Made by a program: the position numbers and the translations under genes. Shown here one piece after another: positions 17,971 through 26,771 of a DNA stretch of 64,000 nt. The notes under the pieces are model-generated. The model saw only the letters and a list, made by a program, of their open reading frames with translations. It was not told the origin of the DNA and did not search any database. The number at the start of each line of letters is the position of its first letter. Position 1 is the first letter of the stretch. The stretch comes from an uncultured Candidatus Saccharibacteria bacterium (GTDB taxonomy: Bacteria; Patescibacteriota; Andersenbacteria; UBA10190), in contig CAYHTZ010000001.1 in assembly GCA_964359735.1 (NCBI GenBank), positions 1,457-65,456 on the forward strand, read 5' to 3'.

Positions 17971-20844
17971 ATGAGTAATTTTAAAAATGACGGAGAAGTG
18001 CAATTCGAACCGCAGGGCCGGAAGGCTGCTGCAGTGACAGGACCCGCCTTCAATAAAGCTTCAGTGGGCAGACCCGCCGACTTCATTGCCATATCGCTCA
18101 TCGCCCTCACGTGGCTGATTTTTTTCTGGCGCATTATTTTCGGCGGGCAAGTTTATTTTTTGGACGATCTCAAAATCCTCTACTACCCCATCGAAGCTGC
18201 GTATAGCCAGTTCCAATCGCAGTGGCAACTTCCCGTCTGGAGCCCGCTCTTTGGGTTCGGCCAACCCTTGCTCGCTTGGGGGCAACTCGGTTTCTTTACA
18301 CCCGTTCATCTTGTATTACGGCTCTTCCAGCTTCACCCTGTCACTCTCTTGAACGCATCTATCGCTATATACAGCGCCGTGGGACTGATTGGGACATATG
18401 TATTTTTGCGTCGCCACAAACTTTCTTCACTCGCAAGTTCTTTGGGCGCCATTGTCTTCGGCTTCTGCGGCTTCACCATCGGTCACTTGAATCACGTTAA
18501 CTTTTATACAGCTACGATGCTATTGCCCTGGCTACTCTTTGCGACCTACTCGCTCATTCAGAAACCGACGCTGCCACGAACTGCTGCCCTCGCCCTCATC
18601 GCGGCCGCTATTCCCATAAGCGGACAGCCGCAGGTATCGCTGTATACATTCATAACCGCCGGAATTTGGGGTCTTGTGCTACTGATCTCTCAAAGGAAAA
18701 AGCTACTCACTACAAACTACTCACTACAAACTATTAGCTTCACTATCCTCGCCGGCGTGTTGGCCTTCTCCCTCGCCTCTTTTTCTATTCTCCCCCTCAA
18801 AGAATTCCTGCCCAGCACCGACCGCTCAGGCGACCTCCCCATTATCGAACTCTACGAATTTAGCTATCCTCCCTCGCATGCCATTACCCTTCTCTCTCCC
18901 TACTATTTTGGTAATCACGATCTTTACCGCGGCGCTAAAAACTTCCAAGAGCTCGCTGCGTATGTCGGCATCGTCCCGCTCCTCCTGGCCCTGCTTGCTC
19001 TTTTTACCTGGCGAAATTTCATAGCACTACGCATCACCGCACTTGTACTCATCGTAATTGCAATCCTCTTTACTCCGGGAATCTACTCACCCATTTACAG
19101 ATACCTGGTTGAGAATCATATTCTCACTTCTCTCGCCGTCCCCGGCCGTTTTGTGTACTTTTTTGACGTCGGCGTCGCGATCTTGGCGGCATTGGGATTA
19201 GAGACAATAGTAAAGAGCAGCCAGCAATTTGCTCGAATGGGCTTTCGGAATCCACGCCGGTATGGTCTGTCAAGGCAAGCACTTGACAGCGGCGAGGATG
19301 AGACTAAGCGCGGCCCGCTCGCTGGGCGGGACGACGCGGCCCTGAGAGCAAAGTGGTGGATGCTCTTCCCACTTTCTCTAGTCCTTCTCACCGCCGCCAA
19401 CCTCATCTGGTGGGGCTGGGATTATAACCCCATGGTGAGCCGCGAGAGCGCTCTGGCGGAATCCCCCCTCGCCGACACCCTGCAGCAATACCAAAAAACT
19501 CACGGCGTCCCCCCACGCCTCTACGCCAGTGAAAATATACCGTTAGCCGGTATCGGTGCTGTTGCTTCGGAACCTACCGAACCAATTGGACCCAACTTTA
19601 CTATTCATCAGCCGCTGCGCATTCGCGAGAATGTCGCCTGTCTGTCTCTACCCTTCATGGTGACCAATGAATATCCTGACGGCGAAGTTACTCTTTCCCT
19701 AAGTGATTTGCTTCAAGCCCAGCCATTCTTTTCAGCACAAATCTCGTCTCAAAACATTCGTGATCGATCTTTACAGAAGTTCTGTATTGAAGAGCTCCGC
19801 AGTCGCAGCGGCCAAGATGTTATTCTCACCCTGAGAAGCAGTGAGCCTTCCAACCTCCAAACCTTCCAGCGTCTCCCCCAAGGCGCCGAACTTGGCGCCT
19901 CGTACGTGCGCGTTGAAAATCCCACCCCACAGCAACTCGAACAATCTCGCAAAATTGCCCACCTCGTCGTGACTCAAGACCAACCCATTCATACAGACCT
20001 TGAGAAAAACCTCCTGCTGCGCCACATCCAAGCCACGGCAGGTACCAGCGCCGCCCGTTGGATCGGCGCGCTCGGAATCGATAATTTTCGCTCTTTCATC
20101 GACGCCTTCTTTGCCAACGACCACGATCCCATCGATGGCGAGGGCATTCACGCCTTAACCCGTCACCAAAACCTCGTCAACATGAGCGGTATCACCCACC
20201 TGGCGCAAGCCTTGCCCGACCACGAAGCCGACCGCGATCCGGTGCTGGCGGCGGGATATCCACTAGCCACTGAGACGACTATCGGGACTACCCGCTTTCG
20301 CTTGTATGAGAATCCGAAAGCTTTTCCTAAAGCCTTCCTCGTCGGCACTGCTATCTGGGAATCTGGGCCAGATCAAACGCGCCACGCCTTGAGCTCTCCT
20401 GAATACGAAGGGGAGCGCCTTATCTTCATAAGCGGACCTACACCCCCGGAGACAGGAACAATTCCGAACGCCGAAACGCCTGAAGCTCTCAACATGCGCC
20501 GCTTCCCTCGTACGGCATTTGATACCGGCACTGCCAACATTACTCGCTACGAAAGTACGCAGGTAGACATTAATGTCAAAACATCTGAGCCCGCCTGGCT
20601 CGTGCTTACCGACTCATACACACCCCAGTGGCACACATTCATTGATAACGTCGAAGCGCGACAATACATCGCCAACACCGTCTTCCGCGCCGCCCAAGTC
20701 CCCGCCGGTTCCCACACTGTTTCGTTCCGCTACATCTCCCAGGCCATTGCCCAAGCGAAAATTCTTACGCTGGCCGGCCTCATAGTTACTGCCCTAATTC
20801 TCGCTCTACCTTTGCTTCAATTGCGTCATTCTCCACGTAAATAG
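17971..20844 (+). CDS. YfhO-family GT-C-like membrane protein
   Basis: 957 aa; YFLDDLKILYYPIEAAYSQF...WSPLFGFGQP; N-terminal polytopic domain, large periplasmic domain, C-terminal TM segment. Confidence 0.65.
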   Translation: MSNFKNDGEVQFEPQGRKAAAVTGPAFNKASVGRPADFIAISLIALTWLIFFWRIIFGGQVYFLDDLKILYYPIEAAYSQFQSQWQLPVWSPLFGFGQPLLAWGQLGFFTPVHLVLRLFQLHPVTLLNASIAIYSAVGLIGTYVFLRRHKLSSLASSLGAIVFGFCGFTIGHLNHVNFYTATMLLPWLLFATYSLIQKPTLPRTAALALIAAAIPISGQPQVSLYTFITAGIWGLVLLISQRKKLLTTNYSLQTISFTILAGVLAFSLASFSILPLKEFLPSTDRSGDLPIIELYEFSYPPSHAITLLSPYYFGNHDLYRGAKNFQELAAYVGIVPLLLALLALFTWRNFIALRITALVLIVIAILFTPGIYSPIYRYLVENHILTSLAVPGRFVYFFDVGVAILAALGLETIVKSSQQFARMGFRNPRRYGLSRQALDSGEDETKRGPLAGRDDAALRAKWWMLFPLSLVLLTAANLIWWGWDYNPMVSRESALAESPLADTLQQYQKTHGVPPRLYASENIPLAGIGAVASEPTEPIGPNFTIHQPLRIRENVACLSLPFMVTNEYPDGEVTLSLSDLLQAQPFFSAQISSQNIRDRSLQKFCIEELRSRSGQDVILTLRSSEPSNLQTFQRLPQGAELGASYVRVENPTPQQLEQSRKIAHLVVTQDQPIHTDLEKNLLLRHIQATAGTSAARWIGALGIDNFRSFIDAFFANDHDPIDGEGIHALTRHQNLVNMSGITHLAQALPDHEADRDPVLAAGYPLATETTIGTTRFRLYENPKAFPKAFLVGTAIWESGPDQTRHALSSPEYEGERLIFISGPTPPETGTIPNAETPEALNMRRFPRTAFDTGTANITRYESTQVDINVKTSEPAWLVLTDSYTPQWHTFIDNVEARQYIANTVFRAAQVPAGSHTVSFRYISQAIAQAKILTLAGLIVTALILALPLLQLRHSPRK

Positions 20845-21001
20845 TTTACCGCATTCGTGGCCTAATTGTCGCGTCTGGTCTATCCGTTCGCTCTGCCTTC
20901 TCTTCCCCCCGCTCCCCGCGGATGCTCTCCGCTACCTCCCTGACAGTATCGCCAAAAATTTCGTATTCATGACCCATCTCTGCAAATTGATCTTGTATAG
21001 C

Positions 21002-21199
21002 TCAAATAATATCGTCACCCTCTTCTTCTTCCGCATTCAAAGCGTCCTGGATAATTCCGCGCAATTGCTCATCTACTTGTTTAGCGTGATTTACGGTGCC
21101 TTCATCGTCACCTCTCCTTATCGCACCACTGACATCCTTCTGCATCCACGCTGCATTTCTCAAAATACGTCGCACAAATTCTTCTGGTTGGTATTTCAT
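21002..21199 (-). CDS. Small acidic hypothetical protein (65 aa)
   Basis: ORF in the 400-bp gap between convergent genes; followed in frame, after a single TGA, by a further 43-codon ORF. Confidence 0.2.
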   Translation of the reverse strand: MKYQPEEFVRRILRNAAWMQKDVSGAIRRGDDEGTVNHAKQVDEQLRGIIQDALNAEEEEGDDII

Positions 21200-21251
21200 A
21201 ACTCGATGTTACCAAACATATAATCCCTTGTCAAGCGCAATATTTACTGCT

Positions 21252-23327
21252 CTAATTAGCCAATAGTTTCGTATCCTCCTCCGTCGCTTCCTGACCGTTC
21301 ACTTTATAACGCAAGCGGACTGCCAAGCGGTCCGCATGACGTCTCAACGTCGGCGCATTTCCTACCGATGTGCCTTTCGCCGAAACTTCAACCATAACTT
21401 GTTCGCCTTTTAGATCCATGGGATCCGGTAACTTCAACGTCAGCCAGCGATCATCTTGAATTTCTGACACAGGAACGTGCCAAGTGCGCAACACTTGATC
21501 CTGAGCCTGTCGAAGGACCACTACCAGCTCTCCAGCTTTCGCTTTTCCCGAATAGGTAGCAACCATTACGTCAATCCCAACCAGATTATCGTACCTGACT
21601 TCAACTTCTTGACTTACCTTTTTACCTGGCACCAGTTCCCCAACAATTCTGTCGAACACCCATTTCTCATACACCCAGGCAAATTCCTCACCAGCCACCT
21701 TTGCCACAAATATCGGCTCGCGTTTTTTGTAATACTCATCGATAAAATTATTTGCGTAATGGTCAGGTGCTCGCCCAAACATGTTTCGGTACAAAACCAC
21801 GTATTTCACTTTGCTCTGCTCATGGGCGTTAATATGGGCTACCTGCGCCGAAGTATATGCACCCAATTCTTCCGGGTACCACGAGGCCACCACCGCATCT
21901 GGATCGTTTTCGTTTAGCCACTTCGCCACTTGCTCCAAGCCCTCGCCCCATCCCAATTCTTGACTCAAGTCATCACGAAAGAGAGGGTTACTGTAAGCAA
22001 TGGCATACGGATGGTAATTGAAAACCACTGCCACTAAGTAAACAATCGCTGCAACACCAAGAATGTGCTCAAAACGCAATCGCCAATGACGAATTCCTAA
22101 CGACAAATGGCTAAGGAACGAACTAATGCCCAAGATCCCAACTACCGCCAAAGCGTCGAGCGCCGGAAACACGGGCAATATGTACCGGTCCCCTTTCTTA
22201 GCAACGATTGTCATCATAATCACAAAAAAGAATACATACGCGACTAGCAGCCACGAAGTAGTAGCAGGTAGTAAGTAGTAAGTATCATGCTTCCTGTTTC
22301 TTGCTGCTTGATACATGCTACTTGCTACTAGATACACGACGCCGACGGCTGCAAAAATGAGAGTTATGGGCGTAGTTCTAGTTAATAGCGCCAATGGATA
22401 ATGGAATGTATTAAGCGTGTAATCTTCTACCATGTGGTGCGGAGTCAGCGCGGCAGCGCTTAGATCACGTTTCAATATTAATGCATTCCCCTTTGGATCT
22501 GGCACAAAGAGCATGGCTGGCCAAATGATAACGAACATAAGTGCTACAATGATGAACCACAATGTCAGATCCCGCGCTCGCAGAATGAGTGACTCCTTTC
22601 TCAACCAGAACTTTGGTTCGTATACCGAGACTACCAGCACAAAAAATGGCAAAAGAAACATCGCCGGAACTTTGGTTAAGATCGCCAGCCCCGATAACAC
22701 CGACGAAGTAATCAGCCAATTCCTTCTATATCCACTCTGTACATATATCATTGTCGCTAGCGCTGCTAAAAACATAAGGCTGGCGAGTAAGGCATCCACA
22801 TGAATTACGCGCGAGTAGCCGATAAGCAATGGATTCAGTGCAATGAAAAGGGAAGCAAGAAGAGGCATGAAACCCCCACCCAGCCTCCCCCTGTCAGGGG
22901 AGGCACTTTGAGATCCCCCTGACAGGGGGGATAGAGGGGGGTCAAGCAATCTCCGCAAGAATAAATAGATAACAGGCACTGCCAGACTATTCACGAGCGC
23001 GACAGGGAACTGCGCCGCGGCGGCAAAATGCGCCAGATTCTCATACGAAAATGGTGTATGGCTTAAGTATATCTTGGCCGTGATGGCGAGCCCACTGAGC
23101 CACGTGACCGTTACCCCGGGGTGAGTCGTCTGCAATGTGTCATTAAACCGCCAATCCTTGATTGCGCGAATAAACTCATAGCTCCTCCCCATCCAATTCT
23201 TTTCGTCCGCTGTAAGAAACGTCCCCAAATCTGTCATTCTCGGCACCGCCGCGACAATAAACAAAACCAGAGCAATTGCAACATCGACTCGATTCTCCGA
23301 GAGCCAGTTTTTAAGCTTCGCAAGCAT
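21252..23327 (-). CDS. GT39/ArnT/PMT-like GT-C glycosyltransferase with C-terminal soluble domain; carries family C and family D insertions
   Basis: HPGVTVTW...YSRVIHVDALL...ELGWGEGLEQVAKW; 691 aa. Confidence 0.7.
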   Translation of the reverse strand: MLAKLKNWLSENRVDVAIALVLFIVAAVPRMTDLGTFLTADEKNWMGRSYEFIRAIKDWRFNDTLQTTHPGVTVTWLSGLAITAKIYLSHTPFSYENLAHFAAAAQFPVALVNSLAVPVIYLFLRRLLDPPLSPLSGGSQSASPDRGRLGGGFMPLLASLFIALNPLLIGYSRVIHVDALLASLMFLAALATMIYVQSGYRRNWLITSSVLSGLAILTKVPAMFLLPFFVLVVSVYEPKFWLRKESLILRARDLTLWFIIVALMFVIIWPAMLFVPDPKGNALILKRDLSAAALTPHHMVEDYTLNTFHYPLALLTRTTPITLIFAAVGVVYLVASSMYQAARNRKHDTYYLLPATTSWLLVAYVFFFVIMMTIVAKKGDRYILPVFPALDALAVVGILGISSFLSHLSLGIRHWRLRFEHILGVAAIVYLVAVVFNYHPYAIAYSNPLFRDDLSQELGWGEGLEQVAKWLNENDPDAVVASWYPEELGAYTSAQVAHINAHEQSKVKYVVLYRNMFGRAPDHYANNFIDEYYKKREPIFVAKVAGEEFAWVYEKWVFDRIVGELVPGKKVSQEVEVRYDNLVGIDVMVATYSGKAKAGELVVVLRQAQDQVLRTWHVPVSEIQDDRWLTLKLPDPMDLKGEQVMVEVSAKGTSVGNAPTLRRHADRLAVRLRYKVNGQEATEEDTKLLAN
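22262..22336. repeat. Family D low-complexity repeat (TAGTAAG/TAGCAAG units), in-frame in the GT39 CDS
   Basis: gtagtaagtagtaagtatca...gcttgatacatgctacttgctactagataca; related to 30713-30758. Confidence 0.6.
22884..22940. repeat. Family C double-hairpin element, in-frame in the GT39 CDS
   Basis: cctcccc-tgtca-ggggagg (7-bp stem), then atccccc-tgaca-gggggat (7-bp stem); contains two G6 tracts. Confidence 0.65.
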
Positions 23328-23351
23328 GCGCCTTGAGTACCAGAAAAACGG

Positions 23352-24809
23352 CTAGTTAGCAACTACTTGAAAGTGAGCAAGCTCTGGGCAGAGGTCGCCG
23401 GGGTCGGGTTGCTTGGCATCACGGTAATGCACAAGCCACTCGGCATGGGAACTGTCGTCTTGAGGTACGACCTTAAGGTCAGAATACCCATGGCTCAAAA
23501 ACTGCAACCGGTTCCAAATGTGCACGTTTTCGGAGGAAACTGGGCCGGCACCGCGTAGACACTCTATGAGCGGACGCGTATCCACCAAAGCTGCAGCGCT
23601 ATCCGTGCGGTTTCCCAGCGAAAAATCCGCCGTGCTGCCGCCAGTTTTAAGAAATGGAATCAAAACAACAAAAGCAGACCAACCTACTAAAACTATAGAA
23701 AACAAAATAGGTATCCCCCACTTTACGCTCCCGGAGCGTAAAGTGGGGAAAGATTCAATTAAAGTTCCCAACCCCACCCCCGCCAACATCCACGCCGCTA
23801 TCACAAACATGACAAAGTAGCGCAATGTGAACCGGTCGATCATGTATAGCAGAACAGCAAGATGAATAATCATCCCGAGCAGCCACAGCAGCACCACTTT
23901 GCGCGGCCGCACGAGTAAGACGGCGGCTAATCCCAAAAGAGCTATCACTGCTGTAACTACCCAAACAACCGCCGGCGCGAACTCTACCCCTGTATATCGC
24001 GCTACGTATGAAGATCCAGATAAAACAAGTGGCAAAAGCCTAGGCAAATCGGCCAGGCGCTCCCAAAAACTCTGCGCCACTTCCACCACATCCCCTTGAT
24101 CTTCCCGAAAACTCAACAACACCCATAATTGCAGCGCGAATCCCGCAGCAAAGCCAGCAAATGCTAGTAAAGTGGACAGAACTTTTCTGCCCACTGAAAG
24201 AGCTTTCCGCAACCATAATACCAACGTTCCCGCCACTACAACTGCTGTCAGAGTTGGTAAGAACAAAATATGGTTAGAGAGAGCTATTCCGGCCGCGAAT
24301 CCTGCCAGCAACACCCGCACCGGCCTGCTCGCCGAAGCTTTAGGGAAAGCCGGCTCCCCCAGTAACCACAAAATCAGAAAGAAGAAAAAAGGGAACAATG
24401 CAATTGCCCAACCGATTCGCTCCTGGGTTAGGTATATAGGATTAAAAAACCCAAACACAAGCGCAAAAAGTGCTTGAGCTTGTCCCCCGCTCTCCGCTCC
24501 AAAAGCTCTCAGAAACACACAGGCAGCCAACCAAAAAGCCGCAAAAGATGCGAGCACCACCACGAGCCGTAATGCCAGGGGTGTATAACCAAACCCCAGA
24601 ATAAATGGCACGCGCGCATAATCAATAAGAGGCCCTATATACGATCGCTCACCCTGCACCACAAACTTTTCTGATTGTAACAGCTCGTACACATTTTCGC
24701 CCTCTGAGGCTTCATCCCCCATGAGCCCGGGCACGCTGTGTAAGAATGCCGCGTTCGCCGCTACAAAAATTCCGAATAAAATCCACACCGTTTTCCAGTA
24801 CGCACCCAT
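23352..24809 (-). CDS. Polytopic membrane protein, GT-C (PMT_2/ArnT)-like
   Basis: 485 aa, more than 10 TM segments, first periplasmic loop rich in D/E. Confidence 0.45.
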   Translation of the reverse strand: MGAYWKTVWILFGIFVAANAAFLHSVPGLMGDEASEGENVYELLQSEKFVVQGERSYIGPLIDYARVPFILGFGYTPLALRLVVVLASFAAFWLAACVFLRAFGAESGGQAQALFALVFGFFNPIYLTQERIGWAIALFPFFFFLILWLLGEPAFPKASASRPVRVLLAGFAAGIALSNHILFLPTLTAVVVAGTLVLWLRKALSVGRKVLSTLLAFAGFAAGFALQLWVLLSFREDQGDVVEVAQSFWERLADLPRLLPLVLSGSSYVARYTGVEFAPAVVWVVTAVIALLGLAAVLLVRPRKVVLLWLLGMIIHLAVLLYMIDRFTLRYFVMFVIAAWMLAGVGLGTLIESFPTLRSGSVKWGIPILFSIVLVGWSAFVVLIPFLKTGGSTADFSLGNRTDSAAALVDTRPLIECLRGAGPVSSENVHIWNRLQFLSHGYSDLKVVPQDDSSHAEWLVHYRDAKQPDPGDLCPELAHFQVVAN

Positions 24810-24833
24810 TGCTGCTTAGTGTAATCTATCCAC

Positions 24834-26771
24834 ATGCCCCAGTGGGAATTTATCGTCGAAGTTACGCAGCATCTCTGGCCGGGGCTATTCGCCGCATTGG
24901 CCTTTGCTCTGGGAGCAGTCGTCATCCATATCCTCCCCAAATACAAATGGCTGGCCGCCGCCATTCTTATAGTGGCCATTACGCCTGTGGCCATACCTGG
25001 TTTCTGGATCTCCAGCGCTGACTTAGGCATTTCCGACTGGGACCAGTACTTTTCCCACTACCACTACTTGCGACGCATCATTACGGAATTTAAAGAATTC
25101 CCCCTTTGGAACCCGTGGATGTGCGGCGGCACCGCCGCGTGGGGAGACCCTGAGTTCACCGGCTTCTCCCCTACCTTTCTAGCCGTTCTCGCTCTCGGCG
25201 TTGAACGGGGCTTGAAACTCATCATCTACATCGCCACTATCGTGGGCGCACTGGGCATGCTCATGCTGGGAAAGCGCCTAGGTTTTTCCGTATACGCCGC
25301 GCTCCTGGCCGCCATAGGAGTGACATTCAGCAGCGTCAACTTGCTCGAAATCGTCGAAGGCCACCCTAATATTTTCTCGGCCATGTGGATTCCGTGGATA
25401 TTCTGGTCGTGGCTGGCTGCATACCGATCAGCAAGTGATCGGCGGAAAGCAAGCGTCTGGTCAATAATCTGCGGCATCTTCTTAGCACTGACATTCTTCC
25501 AGGGCGGCATTTATCTTTTGTCGTATACCACGCTTGCATTTCTGGTTTTGATACTGCTGGCCTCTAATCATAAGCAAGCTTTCTTAGTTACTCTGAAGTC
25601 TGGGCTTTGGGCGCTGGGCTTTGCCGGAATCAAGCTCATTCCCGCGCTCTTCTGGCTCTCCCAATTTCCGGACAAAACCTACGCGGGATCTACGTACACA
25701 TTGCCCTATTTGCACCACGTTCTCTTTGGCCGCTACTTGCACAGCCATGGCGACCCAAAAGGAATTATTCCGAATCAAGGCAGCGGCTGGCATGAATACG
25801 GCGCTTATATCGGCCCATTCATCGGCGCTCTTGCTTTGATTGGCCTTACCAAAATCCGCAAAACTCGCATCGTCCTTGCGCTAGCCATAGCAGCGATCCT
25901 TGCCATTATACTCTCCTCGGCTGGTCCAGTACTCAAATCTGTCTTTGATCAAATCCCCTTCATCCCGCGCTCCAATATCTCGCGCGTGATTCTCTTCGCC
26001 GTGATTCCCCTGGCCCTCCTCGCGGGATATGGTCTCGATGTTTTGCGGGAGCGCGCCAGTCGAAAATGGGTAGCAGCCTTGTTCTCAGTTGCACTCCTTA
26101 CATATGTTGCTGGTGACCTATTCACGCTCTCTCAGCAGCTGTCTCAACAGGCCTTCGTGATCCCGTACCCCGAGATTCCCATCTCGCCTGCACCAGCTCC
26201 CATTGCCCACCTTACCCACACATACGAATATCGCCACCATGGCGTTGATTACACGCGAGCGTACGCCGCCAGCCTCCAGGGCTACGGCACCAACGCGCAT
26301 TGTACGGTCTTAGGACCTCCACAAACCATCCGGACCATTCACGATAAAGAAAACTTCGGTCCTGTTCTACAGAATGAGCGACTCGTCATTCTTAATATCC
26401 AGTGGGCACCCAGCCAAGTCACCACTCGTGTCCAAGCGCTCAAGCCGCCGCCGAACAGCCCATGGGGCGCCGGTGTTCAACTCAACACCAATTATGCGAA
26501 AGGCTGGTGGGTAGAGTTCGAAGGGGACGACACCCCAAAACCGGCTCAAAATCTTGAAGGACATGTCGGCACATTTGCCCCTCTCGGAGAGCATACCATG
26601 ACGTTTTACTACCGCCCCCGCGGCATGTGGGCAGGCATCGTTGTCAGTGCTCTCACCATCCTTAGCGCGATCATTTGGGGAGCCGGTAAGCGACGTCACG
26701 GCCAGGCAGAGACGTTCCGTTCTTCACCATCTCCCCCGCCGCCAGATCCGAGTTCGCAAACCGCACCGTAA
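24834..26771 (+). CDS. YfhO-family-like membrane protein
   Basis: EFPLWNPWMCGGTAAWGDPEFTGFSPTF is homologous to the N-termini of 16005 and 17971; 645 aa. Confidence 0.55.
   Translation: MPQWEFIVEVTQHLWPGLFAALAFALGAVVIHILPKYKWLAAAILIVAITPVAIPGFWISSADLGISDWDQYFSHYHYLRRIITEFKEFPLWNPWMCGGTAAWGDPEFTGFSPTFLAVLALGVERGLKLIIYIATIVGALGMLMLGKRLGFSVYAALLAAIGVTFSSVNLLEIVEGHPNIFSAMWIPWIFWSWLAAYRSASDRRKASVWSIICGIFLALTFFQGGIYLLSYTTLAFLVLILLASNHKQAFLVTLKSGLWALGFAGIKLIPALFWLSQFPDKTYAGSTYTLPYLHHVLFGRYLHSHGDPKGIIPNQGSGWHEYGAYIGPFIGALALIGLTKIRKTRIVLALAIAAILAIILSSAGPVLKSVFDQIPFIPRSNISRVILFAVIPLALLAGYGLDVLRERASRKWVAALFSVALLTYVAGDLFTLSQQLSQQAFVIPYPEIPISPAPAPIAHLTHTYEYRHHGVDYTRAYAASLQGYGTNAHCTVLGPPQTIRTIHDKENFGPVLQNERLVILNIQWAPSQVTTRVQALKPPPNSPWGAGVQLNTNYAKGWWVEFEGDDTPKPAQNLEGHVGTFAPLGEHTMTFYYRPRGMWAGIVVSALTILSAIIWGAGKRRHGQAETFRSSPSPPPPDPSSQTAP

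Noticed and set aside
17995-18030. GGTTCGAAT-like motif (on the minus strand), reminiscent of a tRNA T-loop
   Set aside because: No acceptor or T-stem complementarity and no CCA context; it lies inside the 5' end of the YfhO-like CDS.
20990-21010. Possible recoded TGA (genetic code 25, as in SR1/Gracilibacteria) joining the two small ORFs
   Set aside because: Well-supported genes in the window terminate at TGA (e.g. the GT4 gene at 54183, GT39 26671), so TGA is a genuine stop here.
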